A DNA stretch of 63,934 nucleotides, filler included, from Octopus bimaculoides (lineage: Eukaryota), in the NCBI RefSeq assembly GCF_001194135.2. It is 4 parts of 3 records of this genome, joined end to end, with 100 filler letters (N's around TTAATTAATTAA, not from the genome) between each part and the next. Parts side by side here need not be neighbours in the genome. Positions count along the whole stretch, not along the records: positions 60,779 to 63,934 come from NC_068984.1; 3 more parts are not named here. One strand, written 5' to 3'. Below are positions 63,060 through 63,934 of the stretch, piece by piece. A program made the position numbers and the translations under genes. The notes beneath the pieces were generated by a model. That model worked only from the letters and a program-made list of their open reading frames with translations, was not told the DNA's origin and did not search any database. How positions within the stretch are numbered: the stretch's first letter is position 1; each line of letters starts with the position of its first letter.

Positions 63060-63306
63060 NNNNNNNNNNCACACAGACATACACACACGCATGCACATAC
63101 AAGTAGACTCATACACACACACGCGCGCATACACACACATACACACATGCAAACACACACACATACACACACACGTACTCACATACGTACGCATACACAC
63201 ACACACACACATACATATGCGTAAATATGCACAAAAGCTAATACATACGAACACTGAGACACGCATATAGACACATTCATAAACACCCATAAACACATAC
63301 ACACAC
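62665..63306. repeat. ~237-bp exact duplication of a CA-rich segment around a 10-N gap
   Basis: 62665-62901 is repeated at 63070-63306, between gaps at 63060-63069 and 63307-63316. Confidence 0.9.
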
Positions 63307-63934
63307 NNNNNNNNNNTGTGCGGTTATACTTGCATGCATATATATATATATGTATATACATATTTATAAATGTATATATCCACACATACATACATATATA
63401 TGAACACACACACACACACACACACACTATACATACACACACACACATATAGAAATATGTGTAGATATATATTATATTTCTGTCGACGCATTTATCTGCC
63501 GATGTATCAAGCTATCGATCCACGTACCCAAAGAATAGTCACTCAAATATTTATGCCTAGCAGTGACGTTGTTTTGATGTGATTAATTTAAGGTCCGTTC
63601 TCTTGCATTTGTGTAAATCACATTCACCATAAAGTCATAGCACCGACCACTTGAATTCTGGTTTTCACTCAGGGATTGAATCCCTCATATCAAGCAGATC
63701 TGTAGTAGAGAGGGAATGTCATTTGGGTGGTCGCAAATGACGATAAAAGAACTTTCACAAACTTTATCCACTAACTGACCGAACGATTAATCAGGCAGTC
63801 GATTATCTAATTCATTAAATAGTTTTCCAATTATGAAAAAAAAAAAACCCCAAAAAACAAAGGAGTGAAATACCACCAGTGCGTGTGTTAATTATTGGTA
63901 TAATTACTCTTCCTAAATACAATAATATATATGT

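Overview
AT-rich animal genomic DNA with extreme microsatellite density. The SINE families and repeat style suggest a coleoid cephalopod, most likely Octopus; this is inference, not a database match. No complete protein-coding gene is recognisable, and almost all ORFs in the supplied track come from microsatellites or N-gaps. The window looks intronic or intergenic and contains: about 30 copies or fragments of four tRNA-derived SINE families (working labels A-D); fragments of CR1, RTE, RLE-type (R4/Dong-like) and Penelope-like retroelements; and decayed mariner, Tc1 and maT transposons. It also holds large N-gaps (e.g. 898-1513, 20992-21317, 23928-24369, 52604-53329, 57430-58208) and three artificial 100-bp scaffold linkers (N44-TTAATTAATTAA-N44). 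The most striking feature is a ~445-bp near-perfect palindrome (40509-40953) whose two arms each contain a complete type-I hammerhead ribozyme fold, one per strand, pointing outward. A second 242-bp palindrome and further minimal Penelope-type hammerhead motifs occur elsewhere. Several splice-site-flanked micro-exon candidates are reported with low confidence.
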